Assembly (NCBI RefSeq): GCF_006345805.1
Contig: NC_042997.1
Coordinates: 78,182,001 to 78,246,000 of the forward strand
Reading direction: 5' to 3'
DNA length: 64,000 nucleotides
DNA from: Octopus sinensis
Taxonomy: Eukaryota
Positions 47,925 through 60,293 of this stretch are shown here, in pieces. The first letter of the stretch is position 1, and each line of letters begins with the position of its first letter. A program made the translations under genes and the position numbers. Under the pieces are notes generated by a model, which was given only the letters and a program-made list of their open reading frames with translations, made no database searches and had not been told where the DNA came from.

Positions 47925-50149
47925 TGTTGTTGTTGTTGTTGTTGTTGTTTATAGTTGTTCGTACTGCTGCTGTTAGTAGAAGGTCAGATTGGGAAGACCT
48001 ATGGTCATAGGCGTCTCAAGTTACATACATACATATATATATATCAAGGACCACATTATCCAATGTGTCCTTATCTTTATATTTATAGGATCCATTTTAG
48101 GAAATGGCTCGTTGCTATTTTTGGTAGATCAAGCAACCGAAGAAGCAACTCCAGATTTCAACTCTGCCTTTAACTCTGTAGTATTTGTTGCAGATGTTAG
48201 ATATTTCTAGTGTTTTGGGGTGATTGACATGTAGTAACAGGACATACTAGAGTTCAGGCCTGTTGCAGCGGGAAACTGTTCATTGCAAATAGTTGCATTT
48301 AGATTTTGAAACGTTGTTTATAGTTATGTAGATGTGAAATAGTCGAATAAAGATGGTATTGGCTTAGATTATTGGCTTAGTTTAAGCGTAATGCAGCATT
48401 CTATCGTGTTCCTGGGTTAGAAGACCTTCACAATGCTTCAATTAATATTCTTGTCGGGAGTAGATATTAAGATTATCCAGACAGAGGTCACTTTGATATA
48501 TACCACTAGTCATGTGTTTTAAACTAAGTGATTGTATTTAACGCGTCAGTAAGTACGATTTAAAAATTACCAGTTTACTTTGCAGCTGATGTTAGAAATC
48601 TATAATATAGTTTCTTTTTTCTTTGTTGTATTATCCAGCTTACATAATTGTTGATGTTAAATAGTATTTTATGATAAGCTTAAACGACCGCATCCAGAAC
48701 TCGATTATTAGTAATCAATGTCTTTGAGCAGCCATTAGTGTTAGCTATCACGTTTTTATGTGATATGACGTAAGACAAAGATTTAAACACGAGCCTGACA
48801 CTTCATTTTTTAAAAAAATGATAAACCGCATGTTCTGTTGTTGCCTTTGTTGTTATTTAGCCCGAAGATCAACCGTGATCTGACAGATTAAAGGCATTCC
48901 GGCAGTTATCAATCTGCATTTATTTTCAGTTATAGTATATCTAGAATTACGTTATCCAATGCATCATTTTTGTTTTAAGACGGTGGGGCATCATTTGAAG
49001 TTTCCTCGAAAGTTAAAACGCCAACTAATAATGTAGAACATACCTTCGGTTGGAATTGAGTATTACACCTGACATTAAAAAAAAACAAACTCATATACAG
49101 ACGGGTCTAATTCAATTTTGCTGTAGTTAAGGCCACATAGTCTTACATCCGATTATAGCAAGTGGCATCAATTTTCAGAGTTACTAATTTCGTGGTATAG
49201 ATTTCATGAGATTATATTTGCTAACAGATGTGCGGCATATGTAACATTACCTTAAAGTGCATGAATAATAAATTATATAGATTCAAATATCTTAAAGAGG
49301 TTCCGTTTGGGCCAACGGTATTTGCAAAGAAAACCTACACAAAGTTAGTAAATGCTGGTTGAATTGAAAATTTTTTCTTTATGTTTTAGATATTAAGTAA
49401 AATTGGTTGTATTGTATATATGGGTAATGAACCAGCTATTACATGAGGCAATCTATTCAGTATGTATATTTCCTTGTTTATTGATATTTTTGTGAAATAA
49501 ATTGCCACACCAGGTTAAAGTCGATTTCATAATTATAGTGATTTCAATATATCAATTGAATTTGGTTTGTACAAAAAGCAACAATGCATTTCTATCTATA
49601 GCGTTCCTTTTGAAAGAAATCGAATTTGTCTCTCCAAATATGTGCAAAACCTTCAGTTCCTAAAATATATATTAGAAATTAAAGCAAAACCTGGGTAATT
49701 GTTTATATTCTAGCAGTGTGAAAGAAACGATACCCCATTGTTTTGTATGAGGTGATTTTACACTATCAAAAATCCACACACCACATTCTGAGAGTTTTGC
49801 ACTGAAAAATAACTCATTATTTGAAGGGATTTTATTTATCCTTTACTTCTCACGATTACATTTAGTATTATGTGAAAATTGATATGTTGGCTGGTGTGTT
49901 TACCTGCAATTGATTATATAAACACATGGAAATATAATACGTTATTGTTTAAAATTTTATTGAGTTGATATATCAATGTATTTAAAGATATTGATAAAGG
50001 GATAGAGTCCAAACATTTAGAGAAAAATGAAAAATAGCAGTAACAACTGTTTAAACAAATTGATTTGATTGGTTACTATGTTAACAGAATCGTCCGTGCC
50101 GTACACTGAAGTCCAGCCAGGATCCTACGCACTAACTATGACTAATACA

Positions 50150-50580
50150 TCATAATCACACATCATAAACACTATCCAGTTTGCACTTCATGCATCAATT
50201 TCTTTGTAGCAGGGAAAGTATGTGCTTACATAGGAACCATTCTTCTCACCATTCACTAGCTGCCTCTACCACTTTCCGATGTATTCTGGGTGCTAACAGT
50301 GCACCTATCTCACTCCCAAACATTAGCAGAGAGACGAAATAGCTTGACAACTTGAATTCTCTGAATCGACTAGCATCCTACACAATCCGTATGAGATCTT
50401 AACACACTGCAAACGGTTGTCGCATTTTAAAATCTTTACCAAGCCAACACTATCTGTTCTTATCATCCTACATACAACTCCCGCTTATATAAGCATCTGG
50501 TATATCTAATCTATATACGTTTCCTACACTCATTCTTTACTCGTAAATTGGCCGTGTTATTCTTGATATACTTCGTTTAA
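50150..50580 (-). mobile_element. Decayed CR1/L2-like 3' fragment
   Basis: Weak RP..EY and KVVEAASVN-like motifs on the minus strand. Confidence 0.35.
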
Positions 50581-50629
50581 AACCAAAGACTATGACCCCC
50601 CCACACACACATATATACATAATTTTTCT

Positions 50630-50790
50630 CTTTTATCTTTCACTTATTTCAGGCATTTGACTGCCGCTATGAAGGGTGTTTGTCGAACCAATCCACCTCA
50701 GGACTTATTTTTTTAAAGTCTATCGGTCTATTTTGCTGAATTACTAAGGTACGGGGATATAAACGCACCAACACCGTGACAAACGCAGAC
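50630..50790 (-). mobile_element. Degenerate SINE-A 3' half
   Basis: catttgactgccgc...gtcgaaccaatccacctcaggacttatt...gctgaattactaaggtacggggat. Confidence 0.6.
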
Positions 50791-50810
50791 ACGAGGACAC
50801 ACACACACTC

Positions 50811-50874
<64 letters not shown>

Positions 50875-50898
50875 TGTATAGTATTAAATATCCATCGC

Positions 50899-51000
50899 GG
50901 CTAGTCTTACCAATTGGTTTCGCGTAAAGAATACAATGGAATTCAATGGAGTGTTAGGTAACAAACCGATTATATAACTTTATGCTCATCAGAGTTATCC
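50899..51000 (-). ncRNA. Type I hammerhead ribozyme motif with long loop II and perfectly palindromic stem III
   Basis: Minus strand: ggataact-CTGATGA-gcataaag-(loop)-ctttacgc-GAAA-ccaattg-GTA-agactagcc. ACCAATTGGT palindrome; G10.1-C11.1 pair; stem II has 7 of 8 pairs; stem I imperfect. Confidence 0.72.
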
Positions 51001-51224
51001 GCTATGGAAGGGAATACGGTGACTGCTCTCTATTGTCGGAGGTGTATTAGCACAACCGGTCAGTGGTTGCTGTGAAAAAGGTGGTGGAGCGAAAAAGGGG
51101 CAGGGGAGTAGCTTAGGAGTTATGTCCCTTGGCTGGGTATATTGTGAACCGGTAAGAGTGGGGAAAGTGTGTATAACTAATGTGGTACTCCTGTGGGGAT
51201 GGGGTGTGTGCTATGTGTAGCGTT

Positions 51225-51490
51225 GTCTCATGTATAAATTTTTCCGAGGGTGTAGGTTTATATAGCTGTGTTCATTGGGATGTGTAACACACTGCCTAAA
51301 TACCAGTCTTGAGAAACTAGGGTTTTCAAAACCAGAAAGGAGAAAGCTACTTCAAAGCCTACAGATTCAATCCATCACTGGAACTGAAAAAATCTCTAAA
51401 ACATTCCAGAAGTTTATCATTTAAATATATATGAGCATGTCTAGATATGCAACTATATGCATGAGAATACATACATAAAACAAAACATAC
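51225..51490 (+). mobile_element. R4-like family B 3' fragment B4
   Basis: ttgagaaactagggttttcaaaaccagaaagg...ccagaagtttatcatttaa matches B1; ends catacataaaacaaaacatacat. Confidence 0.8.
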
Positions 51491-51537
51491 ATGTGTGTGT
51501 GTGTGTAAATGAGTAACAAAGATGTATAAGTGTGAAT

Positions 51538-51621
51538 TCATTACGGCCGTTTCGAACGTCTCCTTTAATTGAGCAATGAAAGCATTACATTACTACCAAG
51601 AAAACGTTTCTCATCAGATGA
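51538..51621 (-). ncRNA. Type I hammerhead ribozyme motif with long loop II and perfectly palindromic stem III
   Basis: Minus strand: tcat-CTGATGA-gaaacgttt-(loop)-agacgttc-GAAA-cggcc-GTA-atga. ACGGCCGT palindrome; stem I tcat/atga; stem II is 8 bp with one bulge. Confidence 0.8.
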
Positions 51622-51725
51622 CCGCATAGACCTCATGCATAAAAGACAAGAAAATATATATCATCAACAGAGAGCAAATATTTACAATGATTCCGCTGCT
51701 AAATTTTTTGGCAGAATCTGGTTCT

Positions 51726-52023
51726 CAACTGCAGCTCAAATATTCATATTGATTTTGCTGCTGTTTCTTTGGCAGAATGAGTGTTGAAACTACAAGAATT
51801 TAGAGGTTAGTAGAGGTCATAGTGTGAGGAGGAATAATTGAAAGTAGTGACCTAGTTACCTACACATAGAAGACATTCCTCCTATTGGCTTCTAAGATTT
51901 GGTAATTAGGTCACTTCTCTCAATCATTTCCCCCCAACTATAACTTCTACTTACCTCTAAATTCTTGTAGTTTCAACATTGCATAAGCTTGCAAAATCAA
52001 TGTAAATATTTTAACTCCAGTTG
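51726..52023. mobile_element. Fold-back/MITE-like imperfect inverted repeat (~135-bp arms, 40-bp spacer)
   Basis: 51782-51860 pairs with 51901-51978 (tgttgaaactacaagaatttagagg...gtgaccta.ttacc); pairing extends to caactg/cagttg. Confidence 0.75.
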
Positions 52024-52198
52024 GTGATATGAACATGTTAAAGCAGTTGGTTGATCCTTTGTATTTGAAGCCTATGCTGTCATATGAAAAAACGGCTTCT
52101 TTGCAATGATGTAATGTTTTCATTAATCAATTAAACGAGATCGCTTGAAACAGCCGTAATGAATTGATACCTGTACATCTTTGTTACTCATTTATATG

Positions 52199-53068
52199 CA
52201 AGGTATGACCAATAAGTATCTGGACTTTTGCTATAGTAACGACGTTAAAGCACGCAGAGTAAAGCCGCTTGGCACAGATTGACCTTGAACTCTGCTGTGC
52301 ATGCACACTAAATTTTAACGTTCTAGCTCTCTTCCGCTGTTTGCAGCCGTGCTTGGACAGAAAGTAATCATCGCATTGACTATGATGGAGAAAGTTGTCA
52401 TGGTGATACCTGCTCAGAGACCTACACGAAGTTGCAGGAAGTGTATGGAGAGGAGTGTATGAGTGTACGAGTGGTTCATATGTTTCCAAGATGGCAGAAA
52501 AAATGTCCATATTGACGAACGTTCTGGGAGAACCGCAACCAGCAGAACTGAGAAAAACATCGCAGATGTGAGTGCAGCTGTGAGGGGAAATCGTCGAATC
52601 ACCATCCGTGAGTTATCAGAGGATGTGCAGATTAGTTACGATTCAATTCAGTCCATTATCACTGAAGATTTGGGTATGAGACGCATGTCTGCCAAGTTTG
52701 TATCAAAACTGCTTTCAGCTGACCAAAAAGACACTCGGGTTTCAGTTGCACAAGACCTCCTTGATTGTGTCGGGAACGATGAAAACTTTTTGAAAACTCT
52801 GCGTAGGCCCCTGAGCAGGTTTCGTCAAGCTTTTGGCAAAATTTGATGCAGATTCTCTGCTCAACGTTTTCTGTCATGGTCAATGCTACGATCACACGCT
52901 ACATGCCTTCCTTCTAAGTACTGCTGTAAACAATGAAAGTGAGCTAGAACGTTAAAATTTAGTGCGCATGCATAGCAGAGTTCAAGGTCAATCTTTACCA
53001 AGCGGCTTTACTCTATGAGCTTTAGCTTCGTTACTATAGCAGCAGCCCGGATACTTATTGATCAGACC
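52199..53068. mobile_element. Mariner derivative built from two 5' ends (~145-bp inverted repeats)
   Basis: Plus strand 52400-52798 encodes TCSETYTKLQ...ERSGR...RRITIRELS...AKFVSKLL; minus strand 52799-52890 encodes MTENVEQRICIKFCQKLDETCSGAY. Confidence 0.88.
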
Positions 53069-53069
53069 A

Positions 53070-53310
53070 GGCGTGTGTGCTTGTGTATTTTTGTGTCTGT
53101 GTTTGTCTCCCACCACCACCTGTCAACCGGTGTTAGTGTGTTTACGTCCCCGTAACTTAGCGGTTCGACAAAAAGAGAACGATAGAATAAGTACCAGGCT
53201 TAACAAAAGAATAAGTACTGGGGTTGATTCATTCGACTAAAAGTTCTTCAAGGCGGTGCCCCATCATAGGCTGCAGTCTAATGACTGAATCAAGTAAAAG
53301 ATAAAAGATA
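53070..53310 (+). mobile_element. SINE-A 3' half
   Basis: gtgtttacgtccccgtaacttagcggttcg...aagaataagtactggggttgat...gactgaatcaagtaaaagataaaag. Confidence 0.8.
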
Positions 53311-54138
53311 ATAACTGAATCACAATATCGGATTCAGCGTGAAAATGTACATCAGTATACTAAAGCTGAAAATGTTCACTTAATTATAAAATTTAAGTCT
53401 GTCTCTGTATTTCTCTATTTTTTCATTTTTCGCTTTTGTAAATTACCCCCTCTCTATATATATTTACCACACTCCCCTCACTCTCTGCATAAGTATATTG
53501 ATCACGCTGAGTGTATGTGTTCGTGTGTGCATGGGTGTGTGCTTATGTGTGTGCATGTGTATCAGTGCGTATGTATGCATGTGAGGAATTTCATTAGAGA
53601 GAGAGAGAGTGTTTAAAAAGATATGTAAAAGATAATATATTTTGATACCATACTTATGTTAATAATCATTTTTCTTACACACACACACACACTTACACAA
53701 GCACACTCATACACATGCGGACTTGCTTGGTGTAGAGTAGGGATTAAAAATTTTAATTGGAAAATCTTTTGTAGTTACATCGGAGCAATGGACCACCCTT
53801 GGGCTAAACAAAACTGTTATGTCCTCGTCATCATTCCGTAAAATGTGTTTATGGGAATAAAAACATAAAAAAAGATACCAGATCCTGTCAGAGTGACAAA
53901 GAAACAAGAAAGCTATCAGATGTTACCTTCCGACTGAATCTCCCTTAGATCCCATACCTTTTCGTTTGAAATTATAAACAAAAACAAATTGCAGATTCGA
54001 ACTGTCCGTATTTTAAAAATAGGATTAGAGCAAAAATCGAGAAAAACGCCGAATTTTATGATTTATGGGGTAGATGGTTAATGAAAAAAAAGTTTTTTAC
54101 ATTTCATTATTGTTTTTAAATTATGTTTATTTTCTGTC

Positions 54139-54204
<66 letters not shown>

Positions 54205-54759
54205 TGCCCTGATGCAGTACCAGGCAGTGGCTCTCATGGCTTCTGATCTTAACTGATTGGAAGTGTTATCATGTACATTGTTTTGTCTTGGTATAAAAGA
54301 TGGGCTACAGCAAATATTCTGCTCAATACCACAGATTTGCTTGTCAGTTGTTTGACCGTAACCAGTTGAGCATGTCCCTTAGTGGCTGACAATATGTGCA
54401 TCTCTGATCACGAGCAGAAGTAGTGGGGGAGCATCATAGCCATGTGTTGAGAGGGATTCTTTGTGGTTTGAATAATTCACCTCTGGAAACATGGGTGGTT
54501 CTTTCAACATCCTTAAACAACCCTTATTCAGGGACCTTTTGAGCGGGATGGGCTACTCAACCTGAAGAAATTTCTAACTGAGCCCCACCTGCAAGGTCAT
54601 GTGCTGTTTATCTTGATATGAGATCACCATGTCGCGCACATATGGTTGTGATGCATGTGCCTGGTGTACCCTTATCAGACAGGTAGTCATGATGGATATA
54701 TTGGGCTTCGTATATTTTACCCCAGTGTCACTTTGATGGCATGAACTGCTCTCTCACTC
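54205..54759 (+). mobile_element. Element X, uninterrupted copy 2, between two (AAT)n tracts
   Basis: Colinear with 19406-21248 minus the mariner; no ORF. Confidence 0.85.
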
Positions 54760-54805
54760 AATAATAATAATAATAATAATAATAATATAATAATAATAAT
54801 AATTA

Positions 54806-55089
54806 TGTGGAATGTGGAATCTAAAAACAGAAACAATTCCTATCATAGTAGGTGCATTAGACATGATAAAAAAGTATTCAGACAAATACATAACAAAAAC
54901 ACCAGGATTTACAAACACATATAACATACAGAAGATTGCACTACTAGGCACTGCACACATCCTACGCAGAACACTTTCAATACAGTAACCATCAGAGCAT
55001 CACAGCAAATCACAGCACATACCCAAGGCACACAGACCTGCGCTCGGTAGTGAAGTGAAAGCACACTATAAAAGTAAAACTACTGAATT

Positions 55090-55090
<1 letters not shown>
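54806..55090 (+). mobile_element. R4/Dong 3' end (RLE C-terminus plus 3' UTR) ending in (TAA)n
   Basis: MWNLKTETIPIIVGAL...IQKIALLGTAHILRRTL-stop; same family as 58360-58633. Confidence 0.85.
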
Positions 55091-55147
<57 letters not shown>

Positions 55148-55149
<2 letters not shown>

Positions 55150-57643
55150 GAAGTCTCCAGGAAAGGATAAAATTCCTAACTTCTGGTTGAATGCCTTCCC
55201 AGATAGCCATGAACTGCAAACAGAACTTTACAATGATGTTTTGCAACACCATAGTAGGATGCCTCCTTGGCTAGTTAATGGGTTAACATTCCTGCTTCTA
55301 AAAAGTGAAGAAACAAATGAACCAAAAAACTATAGATCCATTACCTGCTTAACAACTATGTATAAAACGCTAACATCTGTCCTGACGGAATATACCTATA
55401 GTTTTTTTAACAGACAGCAGCATATTCCCTAATGAACAGAAAAGATGTACACGTGGATCCTCTGGTTGTAAAGATCAACTACTCATCAATAAGATGATCT
55501 TAGATTGTCACAAACGACACAAAAACTTATCAATAACCTGGATAGACTATAAAAAGGCTTTTGATAGCCTACCACATAGCTTGATTAAGAAATGCCTGGA
55601 AATGTATAAAATAGCACCTACTCTGCGAAACTTTTTATTTGTAAGTATGAGATCATGGAGAACCACACTAACTTTGAATAGTGACAATGAGTCTCTAAAT
55701 GCTTGTGGTGTAAAAATTTCATGTGGCATTTCCAGGGTGACTCACTATCACCACTCCTCTTTTGTTTAGCCTTGATACCTTTCAAAATTGCTCAATGACG
55801 CGCAGTACGGATATAAAATATTTGTTAAAAATATAAATCATCTCATTTACATGGATGATTTAAAAAAATGACCAACAGCTCAAGGGCTTACTAGCGATTG
55901 TTAAACAATTCAGTGATGACATCAGAATGCAATTTGGCCTCGATAAATGTGCAAAAGCTACCTTTATCAAAGGAAAAATTACTGAAACATCTAACGTTAA
56001 CCTTGACCTGCAGAATGTCATAAAAGAATTAGACCCAGTGGAGAGCTACAAATACCTAGTGGTAATTGAATGGGACGGAATAAGGCATTCAGTGATAAAG
56101 GAAAGGATCAAGAGAGAATGTTATCGCAGAGTAAGAGCAATACTCAAGACAGAGCTGAATGCGAGAAACAGGATCGAAGCGATCAATGCTTTAGCCATAC
56201 TAGTCGTGACTTACAGTTTCAATATCGTTAACTGGTCAATTACTGAAATATGTAATCTTGACAGAAAAATACGAAAACTGTTGACAATGCATAGAATGCA
56301 CCACCCTAAGGTAGATACAGAACGACTTTTTCTGACAAGAAAAGAGGGAGGCCGTGGACTTTTACAACTGGCAATAACAATGAAGATTGCTACAATTGGC
56401 CTAGACACCTACCTGAAAAACTCTGATGACTGGATGCTAAAACTTGTCTCAAAACATGAAAACAAGAAAGCATCATACTCAGTAACAAAACAGGCAAAGG
56501 AATATCTAATTGAATTCCGGATACAACAAATTTCGGAATTAGACATACAAAAAACTAGCACAGAAAAAGCTAAGCGCATGAAAACCCGCGCTAAAACTGC
56601 GGCCTTAGATATTCTGAATGATAAATGGCAAGAAAAACTTCTCTATGGCAAATACACAAAGAGAGCGAATAATGCAGATGTTGACAAAGCCCTGACCCAT
56701 TTGCACAAGCAGGTTCTAAGTCTCACCCAGAGACCTCAAGAGACAACAAGTTGGAAGTTCGTGTTGGTGTAAGCCTCTGGCTTAAAATCTGAAACAAGGG
56801 TTTATCATAACAACTCAAGATCAATGCCTACCTAGAAGGAACTACCAGGCCAACATATTAAAGAACGGCAGTAGCTCAACATGGCGTGTATGTCAACAAC
56901 AAAATGAAACCATTGATCATGTTGTCTCGAAGTGCAGTCTTCTTGCGCCTATAGAGTATCTCCACAGGCATGGTAGAGTTGCACAATATATTCACTGGGT
57001 AATTTGCAAAAGCCTGGACTTGCCCCACGATAAAAACTGGTGGGAACACAAACCACCTCCAGTGCTTGAAAATGACCACAGCTCACTCCTCTGGAACTTC
57101 ACCATTCAAACTGACAGAAAGATAGATGCGAATAGGCCAGACATCATATTGAAAGACTTCAGACAAAAAACATGCCTCCTCATTGATATGACTGTCCCAA
57201 TCGATATAAACGTATCTATCAAGACCAACCAGAAACTGAGCAAATATAAAGATCTTGAAATAGAAATCAGCAATATGTGGAACATGAAGACTAAAACAGT
57301 ACCTGTTGTCATAGGTGCCCTGGGAGTGATAGCAAAAGGGTCTGATTGCTACCTAACTCAGATACCAGGAAACCCCCAAAATGGCAAAGATTCAAAAGAT
57401 AGTGCTCATGGGAACTGCTCATATCCTACGCAAAATACTTTCTATGTAATCTCAAGTTTTAAACAAACATAATTTTCGCATGGTTTTTTTAGACATTCAC
57501 TAGTACAACACTAAGTACAAAACCAAATATATGGCACCCTAGGCACCCTAGACATAACACCAACACGAACTTCCAACTTGTCACTTGAGGTCTCTGGGTG
57601 AGACTTGGAGCTGGCTTGTGCAAATGTAAAACAAAAGGCAAAC
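55148..57643 (+). mobile_element. R4/Dong-clade retrotransposon, 5'-truncated, RT-ZnF-RLE-3' UTR
   Basis: WKSPGKDKIPNFW, WIDYKKAFDSLPH, QGDSLSPLL, YMDDL, FGLDKCAK, KEGGRGL and NRPDIILKD...IDMTVP...KLSKYKDL; flanked by (AAT)n on both sides. Confidence 0.93.
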
Positions 57644-57857
<214 letters not shown>

Positions 57858-58633
57858 GCTCTGGACTCAAAGCAGAGACTGAAGGATTTTTTATTGCAGC
57901 ACAAGATCAGAGCCTTACCACCCGAAATTACCAAACACACGTAATGAAAAGAAATACAAGCAACTGCAGAATATGTAGAGATGGAGAAGAAACAATAAAT
58001 CATATTGTTTCTGGCTGCTCAGTCCTGGCTAACAAGGAATATATTCACAGACACGACAGAGTTGAGACCTATATACACTGGAAGCTATGCCAACACTATG
58101 GAATAACAGCAGAAAAAAATGATGGTATAGACACACGCCAGAAAAGGTCACAGAAAACGAGAATGCAACCATACTCTGAGATATGCCAATACTCACAGAT
58201 AGAGAAATTAAGGCTAATAGGACGGATATAGTTGTCAGAGATCACCAAGAAAAAATGCTTTTTAATCACTGTATCAATCCCAACAGATGACAATGTTTCT
58301 CGAAAAGAAACGGAGCAACTTTCAAAATACAAAGATCTGAAAATAGAGGTAACTCGAATGTGGTGCCTAAAAACAGAAACAATTCCTATCATAGTAGGCG
58401 CATTAGGTTATGATAAAAATATTCAGACAAATACATAGCAAAAACACCAGGAATAACAAGTATATATAACATACAGAAAATAGCACTACTAGGCATCGTA
58501 CACATCCTACGTAAGATACTTTCTATATAGTGAAAATAAGAACACCACATCAAACCTCAGTACATACCCAAAACACACAGAGCTGCGCTTGGTAGTGCAG
58601 CGAAAGCACGTGATAAAAATAAAACTACTGAAT
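57858..58633 (+). mobile_element. R4/Dong 3' fragment (ZnF, RLE, 3' UTR)
   Basis: SGLKAETEGFFIAAQDQSL, CRICRDGEETINHIVSGC, YIHRHD..YIHWKLC and ITVSIPTDDNV..KETEQLSKYKDL. Confidence 0.9.
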
Positions 58634-58647
58634 AACAAAAACAACAA

Positions 58648-58686
<39 letters not shown>

Positions 58687-58749
58687 CAACAACAACAACA
58701 GCAGCAGCAGCAACAACAACAACAACAACAACAGCAGCAGCAGCAGCAG

Positions 58750-58780
<31 letters not shown>

Positions 58781-58791
58781 AATAATAATAA
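58634..58791. repeat. Alternating (CAA)n/(CAG)n blocks ending in (AAT)n
   Basis: Seen directly at the 3' end of the R4 fragment. Confidence 0.95.
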
Positions 58792-59891
58792 TTTAAAATT
58801 TTTCGCACAAGAGCAGCAATTATGAAAGAAAAGCAAAGTTGACCTCAGCGGTATTTGAACTCCAAACTTAAAAAGTCATCACTAATTACCGCAAAAGATT
58901 TTGTCCCATGCATGTTTGTATGATCGTGTGTGTAGGTGCGTGTGCGTGCACAGGTGTTACTGTGTATATTTGTATCTGTATGCCTGTACTTGTACAGGAA
59001 AATTTATTTATTAGTGTGCGTGTCTAATTATTTGTATGTTTTCATGTGTATACACGGTGGCTACGAAGGAATAAAAGAGAGGAAGAGTTAGTCACACACG
59101 ATAGAACACGCACACAGACTCACACACACGCACGCACGCACACAGACAGACAGCCAGACACGCACACTCACACACAAGACATACATTGACAGACACAAAT
59201 GCATGCATGTGCAAACACACACACAAGCAAACACAAACATAGGCATAGAAACATGTAAGCACACAATCACACATACACACACACATGCGCACAAACTAGT
59301 AGTAGCAACAGTAGCTATTAACAAAAACCTTTCTGTGTTTGAAATTGATTCCAGTCAGTGAAGAAATCGGTCAACCGTGAGAAGAAAAATAATAAAACAG
59401 AAAAAAATAGGAGACAAAAAGTGAGTGAAAGAGTATACTACTCCCATTCTCTTAAACTGTTTGTTTAAACTGGTGGTTTAACGAAAACAGCGCATTGTAA
59501 TGTTAAAATGTTTGGACTGAGGTACTCTGAAAAAAGCTGTTTTTCTCAAATTCACTTTCAGTACTATCTGGACACTGAAACCATCAAAATAAAAGAATGT
59601 TGTAGCTTATTTTATCAGCATATCATAGGAACCGAGTTTCAATCATATTGATTTATTCTGAGAAAACAGCATTCAAGCATAAACAGTTGAATGTTGCTCA
59701 CAGCCGAGAAAAAAAAGAAGGAAAACACTAAAGTATTCTTGAAGGATTACAGATCAATTAAAAATGTTGCCAGACAAAGCATTCTTCATTAAACAATGAG
59801 GAAGTATAACAACATGATAAGATATGATTTACCTAATTAAGAATCCCATTGCGTATCCTTAATCTGATATTCATTTCAATTTGAAATTTAT

Positions 59892-60293
59892 TTACTCTTT
59901 TACTCTTTTACTTATTTCAGTCATTTGACTACGGCCATGCTGGAGCACCGCCTTTTAGTTGAACAAATCGACCCAGGACTTATTCTTTGTAAGCCTAGCA
60001 CTTATTCTATCGGCCTCTTTTGCCGAACCACTAAGTTACGGAGACGTAAACACACCACCATCGGTTGTCAAGCGATGTTGGGGGGACAAACACACACACA
60101 CAGACACATATATACATCTACATATATACGACAGGCTTCTTTCAGCTTCCGTCTACCAAATCCACTCACAAGGCTTTGGTCGGCCCGAGGCTATAGTAGA
60201 AGATACTAGCCTAAGGGGCCACGCAGTGGGACTGAACCCGGGACCATGTGGTTGGTAAGCAAGCTACTTACCACCCAACCACTCCTGCGCCTA
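59892..60293 (-). mobile_element. SINE family A, full length
   Basis: Head ggcgcaggagtggttgggtggtaag, B-box-like ggttcagtccc, 3' (gtaaaaga)n tail. Confidence 0.88.

Noticed and set aside
54205-54300. HDV-like ribozyme at the 5' end of X or of the R4 element at 19330-19372
   Set aside because: Could not fit P3/L3 (U-Y-C-N-C-G), P1.1 or the J4/2 cytosine.
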